Shown piece by piece: positions 46,801 to 59,884 of a stretch of 64,000 nucleotides of DNA. The translations under genes were made by a program, and so were the position numbers. Position 1 is the first letter of the stretch. Each line of letters begins with the position of its first letter. Location: positions 16,866,001-16,930,000 of the forward strand of contig OZ249436.1 of the NCBI GenBank assembly GCA_965235115.1. The letters are read 5' to 3'. The notes beneath the pieces are model-generated. The model was not told the origin of the DNA. It ran no database searches and was given only the letters and a program-made list of their open reading frames with translations. This DNA is from Laetmonice hystrix (lineage: Eukaryota).

Positions 46801-49800
46801 CAGGTCTCTGACCTCAGAAGGTAACACCACCCTTTCACCAGAATGATGACATTTCCAGACATACTAAGTTACAAAATGCACATCACCACATTACTTGCCA
46901 TAGAGAACAAGTTTACTGTACCTTTCTTGTGCTTGTTGCCTATGGACAAAAATGCCAATAAAAATGGATAAGTTTGAAACTGCTATCATAAGTAATAAGT
47001 AACTCTCAATGAACACATTCATGAGAAATTTTACACCTTATCATATGAATGTATTATGAACAATGTCTTTACTAGCCTAATTCAAACAATGGGAAAACCT
47101 TCCTTTAAAATGTCTCTATGAAAAAATGTTGTTAAGAGGACTTACCTGGATTTACGACGATGACCTCCAGATGATGAAGATGAGCTAGAGCTGCTGGAGG
47201 AACTACGGGAGCTACCTGAGCTTGAGCTTCCACTTGAAGAACTACTTCCAGAGCTGCTTGATGAACTTTTAAATGGAAAAGAAACATTCACCTCAATTAT
47301 CAACTAACAAGATAACAAAAATTAGTCAAAAATTGTGTTAAAAATCATTTTCGTTTTACTGGACCTTAAATCAATATTTTCAGTAATGTACCCTATTGGC
47401 CGTAAGCAAGAACGTTTTGTGAAGTTAATCCCAAATATGGCTTAACTTACTTCTATCTAGCCTAAATTTACGGTTGGGTACGTTTGGTAGTCATGTTTCA
47501 TAGAATTCTATCCCGCTTGGCCAGCAAAATAAGGGCCATTCTCCAAAAAGGAGAAAAGGCTAGAATATTCTGACTTTATGGCCATGGGGAATAGGCGTAA
47601 ATCCACAGATTGGGTTAATCTCGGGTTAAGTATGTTCTTGCATACGGCCATATTTTTTACGCAGAAGTGGAAAAGCAAGATCAAACACGAGTTACACATA
47701 CATGTTATGTACTTAAACTACAGTTACAGCTTCAAGACCTTAAAGGAACTCTGTCTAACGGAACTGGATTATTTTATTCTGCAGTGAAGAATTATGGCAA
47801 TCTTGGGGTTGATAAATTTCCTGTGACTAGTGATTATTCAGGTCCTACAAGCCATTAGAACAGCTTGATATACTCATACAAGTTGCACAACACGAGTCCC
47901 AAAATCATGAATCATGGATTTCACAAACCCACCAAACTCAGGTGAAATTTAGTACTAATCATCCTCATTTACTTTGAAATCACTTACAATTTGTTTTATT
48001 CAAACTCAAGCCCACAGAAATCATTGAATTTCAACATTCCAAAAGTCACCAGCATACTCTCAACTCTTACCTGCTAGAACTACTGGATGACCTCTTTCTG
48101 TCACGAGCCCTGTCAGAGCCCTTCTCTTTCTTACGCTCACGACTTTTACTACGACTACGAGCCCTAAACAGAAGTAACATGCCATAAAATATGAGTCACT
48201 GCCCTAAGTCAAGGTAAAATACTGCCACTCTCACCCTTTCTCCAAAGACAACATGATCATGGGTTACAAAGGTGCATTTTTTAGAAAATTCTATGCACAT
48301 CACCTTTTTATTCATAAGGCTTTTCTTCTCAAGGGGAATTTCAAGTTCAGAATAACACCTGCACAGTTTAACCTTTTTAGATGAGCTCTGGAAAAATACA
48401 TTTCTACACCAATGGGGAAAAAATGCGTAGCAATTTTTTGTGACGTCTGTCAAGTCTGTCAACAGTTAGTGAATGGTTGTGAGGAAGGAATTTTAACGTG
48501 TTTCACATTTTTTAGTGAGTGAGTGAGTGAGTAGTTGGTGTTTAACGCCCAGTCAGCAGTATTTCAGCTATTTCAGGGCGAGAACAAGGTAACTAACTCA
48601 GTCGGTGAAATCCATTGGGTGATAATGAGATGATAGGAGGAAACCTGGCATCGGGGCGAACCCCTACTCTTATCGATAGGTGCCAAGGGATCTTTAACGT
48701 GCCCCTCCACATAGACGTATCGTGACATGGCCGGCCTTTGATAAAGCAGTCGGCAGCACTGCTCACATTTTTTTAGCGACACAAAGGTAGGAATGCATCG
48801 CATAAGTGGTAGTTTTACATTGCAAATTGCAATGCGATACCAAACATTTCGGACCCTGATCTACATACATTATAAAATACCATTCATAACTGATCAATCT
48901 ATGGCATTAAATTCAGGGGAAAAAAAAGAAAAAAGTAAACTTTAATTTCCTTTTCTAAAAATGTTTGACCCAGCCTTTTGATGTATAATGTATAACCCAG
49001 CTCCCTCTCGATAACACTTCATTCCTCTGGCCCTTGGCCTTGCCACAGGTAAGCCTTCAAGTAGGCCTAACTTCCAAGGAAAACATGCCCCTTCTTCAAC
49101 ACATTGCCCTTCCTTCCCGAAATCCTGGGCGGGAGGAGGCACTGCAATCGGGAACATGAAACTATAGTACTAGAGAGCAGGCCTCGAATTACACGACGGC
49201 ATTTGCCATCGTGCCTTTTTCAATTTCATGCATCGTAAATTTGCCGCCGTGCCCTGGAAAAATGTGACGTTGATTCTTATGTATACATCGACAGCAGTTT
49301 TTGCCATGCCCCTTTCAACTTCTAATTCGAGGCCTGAGAGAGCAATCGCCCATCATGAGGACCAAGTCGGGCCGTGACTGATCTGGTCAAGGACGCTGAG
49401 GGGTGCAGGGTTTCCGCCAAGGGGACAAGAAAAACAAATTCAGTGGGCGATAAAAGGGGGCATTACAAACATTAACAAAGATGCAGCTAAGTTACAGCTC
49501 CTGCTTATTATAAATATTTCAAAGATACGAGCACTGCAGATCATACGGATGTATACAGCAAATCTGCTTTACGCTGTGTTCCAGCCCTCATTAAATTTGA
49601 TTTTCCTTTAAAGCATTTACTATAGGCCCTACCATTAGTATTACATCTACTTGGTCCCGCAGGATCATGAAGTTTACATACCAAATCTCCTCTTATTTCA
49701 CTAAACAAACTTGAAAACCTTTAACAAATATACTGTTTTCATTATTTTCGTTAAGATTAGTAATGGATGCAACCAAATATTCAAGATTTTAGTCGATTTC

Positions 49801-49808
49801 ACTTACAT
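43899..49808 (-). CDS. RNPS1: RNA-binding protein with serine-rich domain 1 (EJC/ASAP component)
   Basis: Exons 49808-49807 (AT), 48163-48071, 47265-47146, 45702-45461, 45276-45129, 44004-43899 are in phase: MARSRSKSRE.., Ser-rich block, RSPTPRPCKVHVGRLTRNVVKEHVHEIF (RRM), MDGGQIDGQEITAAAVL, RS/P tail ending SRSSSSSSR*. Confidence 0.95.
44030..44865. repeat. 40-bp minisatellite in the last RNPS1 intron, interrupted by a MITE
   Basis: Unit GAGGTTACGAGTCTGGAGATCTGTTCTATACAGAATTGAC at 44030-44276, resuming at 44803-44865. Confidence 0.9.
44277..44802. mobile_element. 526-bp fold-back MITE with TTAA TSD and AG...CT termini (Kolobok-like)
   Basis: Arms 44277-44516 and 44564-44802 are near-perfect reverse complements; TTAA at 44273-44276 and 44803-44806. 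Confidence 0.92.
48515..48790 (-). mobile_element. SINE with an (ACTC)n tail, resembling mollusc SINEs
   Basis: GTGAGTGAGTGAGTGAGT-AGTTGGTGTTTAACGCCCAGTCAGCAGTATTTCAGCTAT tail and an internal GGGATCTTTAACGTGC segment. Confidence 0.6.
49178..49336. mobile_element. MITE with CAGGCCTCGAATT termini and 6-bp TSD
   Basis: AGAGAG|CAGGCCTCGAATTA...TAATTCGAGGCCTG|AGAGAG. Confidence 0.8.
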
Positions 49809-50062
49809 TTAGCCGGTTTCCCAAACTGATGCCACAGACGCTTCAACAACCAAGTCGGAATTGAAACGGTTCCTCTGATTGGTCAATAATATTCCATATA
49901 GCCAATGGTGCAGTGGCTTACAGAAGCGGTGGGCAGGGCCGGCCGTCGGCGGCGACCGACAGGGGACCGGGAGGGAACCGGGGACCGGACTCTCAAAAAG
50001 CGGGGTGGGAAATATTAAGAGAGTCATTGTTTAAGCTTTGTTTCACTCTTGCCTTGGACGAG
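49809..50062. promoter_or_regulatory. Compact bidirectional promoter RNPS1/EEF2KMT
   Basis: Divergent starts ~255 bp apart; ATTGG at about 49878, CCAAT at about 49902; GC-rich 49925-50010. Confidence 0.7.
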
Positions 50063-53000
50063 ATGGAGATCCAAAGTAGTTTCTTTGCAATGGTGCCTGT
50101 GAAAAATATTGATTTTGAGGTAGGCCGAAATGTTGGTTTGTAATGAAGCCACAAAATTTGGTCGCGTGTATCGAGCGATAATACGGGGTTTTGGAGCTTC
50201 AGTATTTGTAAACAACCGTGCACTGTGCACATGGCCACCTGGTCCGAGATACAGGACGGGGTCAGGGTATCTCGGACTAATGGGTCTAATGGCCACCAAG
50301 CCATTAAACAAAGCTTTGACTGTGGCTCTGAGCTTTGACTGTGGCTCCGAGCTTTGCCCATGGCTCTGAGCCAATTAAGTAGGCCTACTACTAAGTAGGC
50401 CCTGCCCGGTGTAACCCACCCGGCCCCACCTACAAACATACTCACTGCCTACTACTACCTGGTATACATGTAAACACAAACACGCTGTTAAACCAGTCCA
50501 TGTTATTACAGGTCATATGTAACAATTATATATTCATTATTGTAATTTGTAAATTGTATGAAGAGGTTGACCGTTTTTGGCCACCACCCCTAAAAAAAAG
50601 AACTTCTTATGTCCTGGACCTGTGTCTGCACAGAAACAAAGTGTAGGTAATATTGTGCTTTAAATGGGGACACTATAGGTTCCTGATGCATGATACTTGC
50701 ACTGTCTGACTGTCATATTTAAATATCATGTCGTATTTTTCCCTAGAGTGTGTATGGAAACTGGGAGGAGATAACAACTATAAAACAAGAACAGCTTCTT
50801 CAGCAAACTGTTCTACATCCAAGGGCAAAGGACAGGCCTCCATCCCTTAACTACAGGCAAAGATTTCTCAAATTTATCATTAACAGGGTAAGCTAGAATG
50901 AGGAAAGTTGGACAAGCAGTAAATATGTCTATTCTTCAAAGAAAGCATGAAAACTTTTCGTTTTAGAAAAAAAAGAATTAAGGGTTAAATCCATGGGCCA
51001 AGCTCCATTGAAACCAGAACTTATAGTTTGTTACGTTACCCTCTGTGGCCCATGGGCCTGAGCCTGCTCTCCTTTTGTGTAGTTTCTAGTTGGACCCCAG
51101 TTTTCCCAAAGCCTGGATATTGTGCTCCTAATGTAGCATATACATGTATGTACATATATAGTGATGTTGCACAATTGCAGTTAGAACAAGCTGGTGTGGA
51201 GGTCAGAGATGCTGTCTATGATGAGTTTTCAAAGCTGATGATACTCTTAGATGAGACAGAAAGGAAATTCTGTTATAAAACCTACACTTTGGTGAGATAT
51301 ATGGCATTTCTAGGATTAAGAGATCTAGGGTATTTAGCATCTCTAGGATTAAGAGATCTGGAGTATTTAGCATCTCTAGGATTAAGAGATCTAGCTAGGG
51401 ATTGTGCAGATGTTAACAACTTTTCATAAAATTACACATCTTATATAAAAGAATGATCACTTTTAAGGTCTGTATCTCTCTGCTTTCATAATTTTATTTA
51501 GTTCAGTTTAGTTTTATTTAGTTAGTGTATATAGCTGGGGAAAAAAAGTAATGCTCAATAAACTGCCACTGGGTGGTTCTATAGGTGCGGCAAAGACCCA
51601 CTAATGAGGGTTACAGAGACAGCTAGGGCCAGATAGGGTGCAGCTTAGGAGAATTACTGGCTAAATATACACTGCCTTTTATTTAATGTTTGATTATATA
51701 GTTTGCCCTATAGTTTATATAGTTTGCCCTGTGTGTCAATTTCTTTTGTTTTGTTTTGTAGCCTGGTGGTCAACTGGTCACCCTGCAAGAGTCCAAGCAA
51801 CTCATTTCTGAAGGAACCACAGGTCTAAGGACATGGCAGGTCAGTTTGTCTTAAACCAAAAGTAAATTGTCAAATTCAACCTGATTTGAAAGATACTGAG
51901 ATTAGCACGAGAACCTTCTTTCTTTTTCTATTATTTGTATAGATATTTATTTTCTAATTTTTTTCATACTGAATACTAGCAGAGTTAGTACATTGTATAT
52001 ATATTGAAGGTCTGGTGTTGTGGATTGGTTGTTGCCAACAGGCTGCACAGTACATGGCTGAATTTATCCTGGAGAGGCCAGACCTTTTCACAGGAAGCAG
52101 TGTTCTGGAGCTGGGGAGTGGACTTGGCCTGACCGGACTGGTAGCACAGTGTTGTCATCCACAGAGTTACACCTTCTCTGACTGTCACAGCAAAGTGTTT
52201 GAGCTGCTTCGTGAAAACATCGAAAACAACCTGTCACAACCGGCAGGTACCACTACAGCGCCATCTTCGGGAGGAAACAAGAAACATGGCCAAGTTCACC
52301 GAACAGTTTTACCTGACTTACAACAGGTGGCAGCCCATGTCAGGAAACCACGGCAAGCAGTCCCGGTCACGCTAGTGGCGCCCACTGTAGGAGCAAACCA
52401 AACGCACGACCACATCCACCGAGGAGTATCACCTGACTCCCGCCAGGTGGCAGTCGCTGCCCCTGGCTCTGGCGGGCAAACAGATGGTACTGCCCCCAGG
52501 TGGGATAGGTGGAAGTTACAAGAAACCGACAGTGGTGATGATGTGGCCGTGTGGCAGTACAGAGCTGATCCTGTCGTCAGGTTGGCCGAGTTAGACTGGG
52601 ATAGGGTGACGGCAGAGACAGCCGGAGAGCTATTTGGTGAAGTCAGTATAGTGCTGGCAGCTGATGTTGTCTATGATACAAGTATCATCCCCTCACTTGT
52701 CAAACTATTACACATTCTACTCACACTCCCGCAACGACCAACAGCGTACATCGCCTCAACAGTAAGGAACGAGGCCACGAATGAGGCATTCATTGCATCA
52801 CTCGGTAAGTGACACTGGAACCGTGAATTGGTAACTCAACACTGAAGTATTCAAAGTTAACTTCGATGTTGTCAGCTCTCAGCTGGGATAATGATAGAGA
52901 GATGTATATGTGGATTAATGTGGCTGTACTGTCGTTTTACAATATATAATTATAATTAGCCACTTATATTTAGATAGACACAAGCCAAATAAATAACTGG

Positions 53001-53172
53001 ATCACAGTTAGGCCTACAGTTTTACCAGGATCATACTGACTGAACTCTGTACATTTCAGGGGAGTACGATCTTCAACACTCAGAATTGGAAGGCCCACTG
53101 TCCAAGATTTTTTATTATGACAGAAGCATACGTATTCAGCTACTCAAGGTTTTCGGGAAGAGGAAAACATGA
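50063..53172 (+). CDS. EEF2KMT: Protein-lysine N-methyltransferase EEF2KMT (FAM86A)
   Basis: Exons 50063-50119, 50747-50887, 51181-51291, 51762-51839, 52042-52804, 53060-53172 are in phase: FAM86 N-domain (TVLHP..PPSLNYRQRFLKFII), VTLQESKQLISEGTTGLRTWQAA, VLELGSGLGLTG, YTFSDCHSKV, LDW, VLAADVVYD, AYIASTVRN. Confidence 0.93.
51297..51395 (+). repeat. 30-bp tandem repeat (3 copies) immediately after the EEF2KMT exon 3 donor
   Basis: TTTAGCATCTCTAGGATTAAGAGATCT variants (period about 30-33 bp). Confidence 0.75.
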
Positions 53173-53179
53173 ATGGTAT

Positions 53180-53356
53180 CACTGGCGGATCCGGGGGGGG
53201 GGGGGGCTTAGGGGGATCTAGCCCCCCTAAATTCTGGATGTTGTTATTTTTATCACCCACTTATCATCATATTTATTATATGTTTTAGGCCTATGCCTAA
53301 TATGTTTTTGGCTGATGGTTAGCCCCCCCCCTAAAAAAATCTTGAATCCGCCCATG
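53180..53356. mobile_element. MITE (GGCGGATCC type) with 5-bp TSD, 7 bp after the EEF2KMT stop
   Basis: GGTAT|CACTGGCGGATCC...GAATCCGCCCATG|GGTAT. Confidence 0.75.
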
Positions 53357-56227
53357 GGTATGACGAAAAAACATTCACTCCCGACCCCCTTCTCAAACAA
53401 TAAACATGTCAGTGTGGCAGTACGGGGCGGGGTGTATGAAGCTCCGGGCAGTTGGAAGGGTGGGCCTTATTACTTGTCAGAGTTTTAATATAATAAGATG
53501 CCAAATAAACGTTAAGTATGGGCAGAATGTACCCAGGCCAGTATGGTCAGAATACTGAGTGTTGCAGAACGCCACCCAATAAGACATGCCACATGGAAAC
53601 ATTTTGTTTTCTAAGCCTTGCCGCCACTTCCCAAAATGCCACATGGAAACATTTTGTTTTCTTTATAGGCTTGCAGCCACTTCCCAAAATAAGCATGATG
53701 GACCTTCTAGTCCTTCAAGTTGTAACTCTCATGTACGTGGACACTTCGATTTCTAATAAAAGCGTCTTTAAAGGTAATCGATCACCCTACGGCCGCCGAG
53801 TTTTGTCCCCATATCCTACGAATCCGCGTATTTCAAGCTTACCTGATCTTGAATCTATCCCACTGGACTGATAAAACATTCTGTCGTATCCATAACATTG
53901 TTGTGCTAGGTCTCTTGTTGATTATGAGCCATAATGAGGCGATACATCCCATATTTTTCATCTCATTGGACTTAGAACTGAGAACGACCGGCATGACCAC
54001 GTTAGCATTGTTAGGGCAGTCGTTAATAAGCCGTTAATAAGCAACGGGATTGGGCGCATGCGTTGCCTCGCACTGCTCCGCCCGCCCTCCCCCATAATCC
54101 AAATAAGGGCATGATTTGATTCGCGTGCTCTCGTCCCTAGCCAAATAGGTAAACGCTTAATTAATTAATTACAAATATTGTCGATATGGACGCGCCATGG
54201 TACCAGACTGCTAGAAACCCCTTAAAATAATTGTTTTTACTCAAGTTTTGTTGAATTGACGTTTATTTCAATTTTCGGACAGATTTCCTTTAAGTTATGG
54301 TGCCATAAACTTATGAAGGTTCTAAAGACATGGTGTTATACGGAGTCTGTTCCAAACGACATGTAAGTAGAATAACAGCAGGCATAATGTGTCGGTAATT
54401 CACTTTATTTTTCCTGGCGTCCGCTCGTACATAGATTCAAGCCAGTCTGACGTCTGGGCTGAGTATTCTGGGTATACCGGAAGTAGCCATAACAAGCAAT
54501 TGTGCTAAAAGAATGTAAAACTAGAGCAATAAATAACTTGCAATCATCAATAACAATGGAATAATAATAATAAAGAAACTTATTGACTAATTTGATACTA
54601 CATGTATATACAAATGTTGCAACGATACATGCGACAAATTATGTACATTTGGTGGTAGCTGATAACGATTTGATCTTTGTGTGGATATGTGTAGATGAAA
54701 TATTGCCCACGTAATTTACAGTGGCACTGTAACCACAGCAAAAGTCGACAAACAATATTACAAATGCCTACATTTACTGTCAGAGCTGAATAATGGTACA
54801 AAGGTCGAAACGATTACTGACAACTGATTTGAGAAGCCCCTCTTTGGATGAGTGTATACAAACTAGTGAAGCCACTTCTGAGTTAGAGCTAATTTGGTGG
54901 AGTCATCATTTACAAATATACTAACCAATTAAGGGAAGCCACATTTGAGTTAGTGCTGATTGGGCGACTAGTGCTACTGACCTGGAACCAATAATTTTAA
55001 AGTTGCAGGCTCATGGGGAGAAACCAGTTTAATGCTGGGGAAGCTCCTATACCGAGCGAGTTTGCAAACTACTTCACTTTTAGAAGTCAGTGACTGTACG
55101 TGCTGTCATGTCTTGCACAGTGAATGCCATATTCCCGACAGTCGTACATGCTTGAATCTCTCATTATCTCGCACTTAAAATGTATAGCTATTATCTCGAA
55201 CTTAAAATGTATAGCCAAACTACCAATGCATTAATAGAATTTTAGCAAATATTTTGGTCAACTGTCAAAGCAAATTGTTTAGTTGTGAGGGCATCCGTGA
55301 AAGACCACCTGGGCCGAGGACCAAGCTCTCGCTACCACTAGTCGTGCCCCCCCCCCCCCCCCCTCATAGTGGCTGGTTTGGTAAATGTCCGTGGTCTTTG
55401 GGTCATTTCATGACGAACCAACCGAAACAGGTTGAGAAAGGCAATGGAGTTCAGCAAAGAGACACCAGATGGCAGTTCATGGCCCACGACGGTGACGACT
55501 TAAAGACCGGTGTATTTCTTTGAACACCGTGTTGGCCCGCGCTGTTGTGTACATCCGCACAGAACATAGCTCCCTGAAAAATGAATTGTAGGCGCAGCTA
55601 CCACTAGGCCGCATAGTAAATAGTATTACGTGCATTATATGAAACAGGTAAGCGGAGTAGGTTATGAAACCAATTTGGGCCGGATATCCAGGGGGCGCCA
55701 CCCTCTTCGACACGAATACACTGGTCCTTTAAAGCCACGTCCTGCCTGGTGTCATGAGGACACGCTGATCTGCCTGTTTAGATTGTGCCACTCATTATGG
55801 GTTTCATGGGTTCAGAAAATGTTATAACGATCTTCTGATACATGTATTTTTTAACTGACTTTACGGTAATACATTTGATCAAAGTTGCATAAAGGCCTTT
55901 CCATAATCTAGTTACCGGTACATCTTTTTACCCTCCCAATGCCAATACAAGTATACCACAATTTCATTCACATTTGTCTATGTTTAGGGTCTGATATCAC
56001 AGGCATGTGTTTTCGGAGGAATTCTGGTTGTTTCCCTTCTAAAATTTACATAAATCCATTGAGATCATAGGGTAAACTGCAACAGGGGTTTTTGGGAGAG
56101 GAGTTAGTCAGAAAATGTCACCGCTGGCCAGAACATATTACTGACTCCACTACATTACATCGAATTCTTCTAAGGGAAATGGCTTCACGTTCATGGATTG
56201 TTTTTCTATCACAGACTCCTTTTAAAA

Positions 56228-56420
56228 GCTCTGACCCCCTCCCCTTACTCACCCTGGAGATTCTGACCCTTCCCGCTCACTCACCCCGGAGATTCTGATC
56301 CCCTTTCCCTCACTCACCCTAGCGATTCCGACCCCCCCCCCCCTCACTCACACTGGAGATTCTGACCCCTCCTCACTCACCCCGGAGATTCTGAGCCCCC
56401 CCCCTACATACCCCGGAGGT
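56228..56420 (+). repeat. Degenerate ~30-bp tandem repeat
   Basis: CACTCACCCCGGAGATTCTGACCCC, about 6 copies. Confidence 0.8.
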
Positions 56421-57586
56421 TCTGTCTGAATCCCACACCCTTCCGGGTGAGAAATACATTATTGGGGGTTGGGGGGGGGGGTAGCTAGATGTCTCAGCCC
56501 CACCCCACCCCCACGCAGCACCACCACGTGATAACCAAAGCTGAGCCACGGCTTTACCGAACACAACCATGGCACAACTGACACAAAACAAACAGATATC
56601 AAGCTTCATTAAAACGATGCTCTAGACAGCACAACCCCCCTCCAATGTCACCTTGGTGTCTACAGGAAGTCTTTGTACAGGCGTTATTTTTACATCACCA
56701 CTGCCCGACCCACTGGACATCGTAGAGATTCTCCGAGAGTTTGGAAAACATTTCACAAGTTTCGGTTGTAATTAGGACATCCACGGTTCGTCACCCAAAC
56801 AGCGACCGGTGATGGCCACCCGAAATGTTTCCCGCCCTATTGTCGGCCTAGACTGTGCGTCTCATCCACGTAGGTCTGTTTTGCTAAATCGTTTGCGTTA
56901 TGATCATAATATACCGTAATAATATGTATATAGGGCCTACACAGGCAACGTGTTGATATGGCAACCACCCCGAGATGGCGCGCCGGTCGGAGTAGGTGTG
57001 CATGACGTGACGACGTAGGACGTACAGCTACCGGTATGACGACACGACGTGTTGAACTAACGCTGTACAGTAGTGCTGTGTGTGTCACACTGGGCTAACA
57101 GTACCAAGTTGTGAAGGCTTTACCACGTCGCTAAATCGTGAAGTACTTTGTGTGCACTCTGATATTATGTATAGATCTAATATGAGGCGCATGCTCGACC
57201 ATTCCTCCTATATTTTATAGAGACCGTTTTGTCACGAGTTAGGCCTATTTTGACCGGTATGAACACTATAATGTAACTAGACATAGGCCTAATAGTGTCT
57301 TCAAACTAGAAATAGACATTTAAGACATAACATAGGCTAAAGAGATCCCAATCAAAGGTATAAGCACCGGTGGTTACAAAAGATCATGTAGGCCTACTGT
57401 AACAGCTAGACTACAGAACAATAATTAGGCCTATAGGTAGGCCTATTCACCCTTCACTAATATTAAGTCAATCAGTAGGTTAGGCTACTCCCAAATTACC
57501 GCCATTGGATGGGCATAAACTTCAGTAAAAGTTCACTCTGGTAATTATACATCTCGAACAAACAGAAATAAACTTTCAGATACTTA

Positions 57587-58092
57587 GGCTAAATAAAAAA
57601 AGTTACTTGTTTAGCGTCCCCCTCGTCAATTTTTTCCAGGTCGGGGGGGGGGGTATTTTTATTTTTTATTCCATGAATGGAGTGGCGGCGTGGCTGTAGG
57701 AAGAAGACACCCATGGTAGGCCCCCTATTCATGGTCAGACGGCAAGTTAGGAAGGTATAGATGACTATGAAAACGTCCAAGCTAGAATTTGAAGAAGAAA
57801 ACATGAAAATTCTATTTAAGTCGTTGTTCAAGTCAAAGTTAAAGTTGTGCACATGTTCCACACAGACCACAGTTCAAAACATGAGGCTTGTTTTAAATTT
57901 CACAGGTCGTTAATGGGTTTATAAAGCGCATTATACACTGTTCTTAGGCGGGAAGACTTTGTTTTGACAGTTTTTACACTTTAGGCTATTTTGTTTTGTT
58001 TTTTTTATAAAAAAAAATTTAAAAAAATCCAGGTCGGGGGCATTTCACAGGTCGGGCGGGGACGCTAAACAAGTAACTTTTTTTATTTGGCC
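57587..58092. mobile_element. PIF/Harbinger-like MITE with ~35-bp TIRs
   Basis: TTA|GGCTAAATAAAAAAAGTTACTTGTTTAGCGTCCCC...GGGGACGCTAAACAAGTAACTTTTTTTATTTGGCC|TTA. Confidence 0.85.
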
Positions 58093-59054
58093 TTAGGAAG
58101 AAATCTCTCAACTGTTGTAGGCGTAATATAAAATGGTTTCCTTCATATAGGCCTAAACAAGAATTGGATATCCTAAATGAAATGGATGTCCACCGTACGC
58201 AAACTTTAAACTTAGAAACAATAGGCCTATTTTCTCCGAAAGTATTTGAAGTCGGCCCATCCGCAGTGTGCTTTCAGTCAGTCTCACACGGGGGTCGTGT
58301 GTTCACGCGATGCACTCTGAGGTGAGCACTCATGGAAGCATGCTTTGTCTGGCGCCCCCTGCTGGCGACCACGGCACAGTGCTGACACCTAGTGTCTTTG
58401 TGAAGTACTAACGCCCCCTTGAACACACGGTGATTGTACGGTTCTTTCCATGCACTGGAGGCAGCCTACTTTTTTTAACCCCAAAACATATCTTATATCA
58501 AGTACAATGCACTTTGTTCCACATGGGGGAAAATAGTTGTGTAGATGTAACCATGGAATAAGGAATACCTTATTCTCTGGTCTAACAAACCTCAACCAAC
58601 TTCTTACAATACACACTGGGCGCCCCTGAGACTGGGACTGGGTTCTCTCCGCTCCGACTCTTTCCCACATCTAAATGTATCCTGAATACACTCATCTCCT
58701 GGCAGTATACATAATAAATAGTCCATGACATCTCTGGTAGTTTATATCCACCTTGCACTGTCAGGGCCCGATACTTTACATGAAAGTGATACATATTTTC
58801 TTTCAATTGCAAACAATAAAAATTACCTGCTAAAGCGAATCCCCCACCTGATCGATAAGCGATATCTCCCCGCATCACGTGCTTCCTTTATGTACAACCT
58901 ATATCTACCACAGATGTGCAAATGATATGCTCTGCTTTACACTGCGCAGCCGGGACGAGAACTCTGGCTTCAGACTACGTCCCATAATTCCAATCAGGCT
59001 CAATACAGATCTGATACATGTCCTAAGAAGTTGAATAGATATGATGTATCGAGC

Positions 59055-59565
59055 ATATAGACACTCCACACAGGGGCCGCACGAGCGTATAGACACCGCA
59101 CGAGCGTATAGACACTGCGCACAGGGGCCGCACGAGCGTGTAGACACTGCGCACAGGGGCCGCACGAGCGTGTAGACACTGCGCACAGGGGCCGCACGAG
59201 CGTGTAGACACTGCGCACAGGGGCCGCACGAGCGTGTAGACACTGCGCACAGGGGCCGCACGAGCGTGTAGACACTGCGCACAGGGGCCGCACGAGCGTG
59301 TAGACACTGCGCACAGGGGCCGCACGAGCGTGTAGACACTGCGCACAGGGACCGCACGAGCGTGTAGACACTGCGCACAGGGACCGCACGAGCGTGTAGA
59401 CACTGCGCACAGGGACCGCACGAGCGTGTAGACACTGCGCACAGGGACCGCACGAGCGTGTAGACACTGCGCACAGGGACCGCACGAGCGTGTAGACACT
59501 GCGCACAGGGGCCGCACGAGCGTGTAGACACTGCGCACAGGGACCGCACGAGCGTGTAGACACTC
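59055..59565. repeat. Highly homogeneous 32-bp GC-rich minisatellite (~15 copies)
   Basis: Unit GCGTGTAGACACTGCGCACAGGG(G/A)CCGCACGA, with no spacers. Confidence 0.95.
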
Positions 59566-59727
59566 ATGGGATTCATTCACCTACAAATCAGTCTATCGTT
59601 GCATTCAGCTGTTAAATGTCTACCGAACTTTTAAATTCACCTTACGAGTTTTTGTAGTTTTGTTAACTGCAATGTCACCATGACACTCCTCAAGATTTTG
59701 ACGTGGTTACAACAAACACGTTAAGAA

Positions 59728-59884
59728 TAAAGCCAGGAATCCATGTGTCCGTAGTGCGTATTGCGTAATCAAAGCAATGAAAACATGCATTACGGACTCA
59801 TGGAATCACTTGTTTTCATTGAATTTGATGAATACCCATTACGCACTACGCCCACACTACGTATACATGGATTCCTGGCTTTAG
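59728..59884. mobile_element. Small palindromic MITE
   Basis: TAAAGCCAGGAATCCATGTGTCCGTAGTG...CACTACGTATACATGGATTCCTGGCTTTA. Confidence 0.75.

Noticed and set aside
59055..59565. 32-bp repeat array as a CRISPR locus, or the 185-223 aa ORFs over it
   Set aside because: Units are contiguous with no unique spacers, there are no cas genes, and the context is eukaryotic; the ORFs are just stop-free frames of the repeat.
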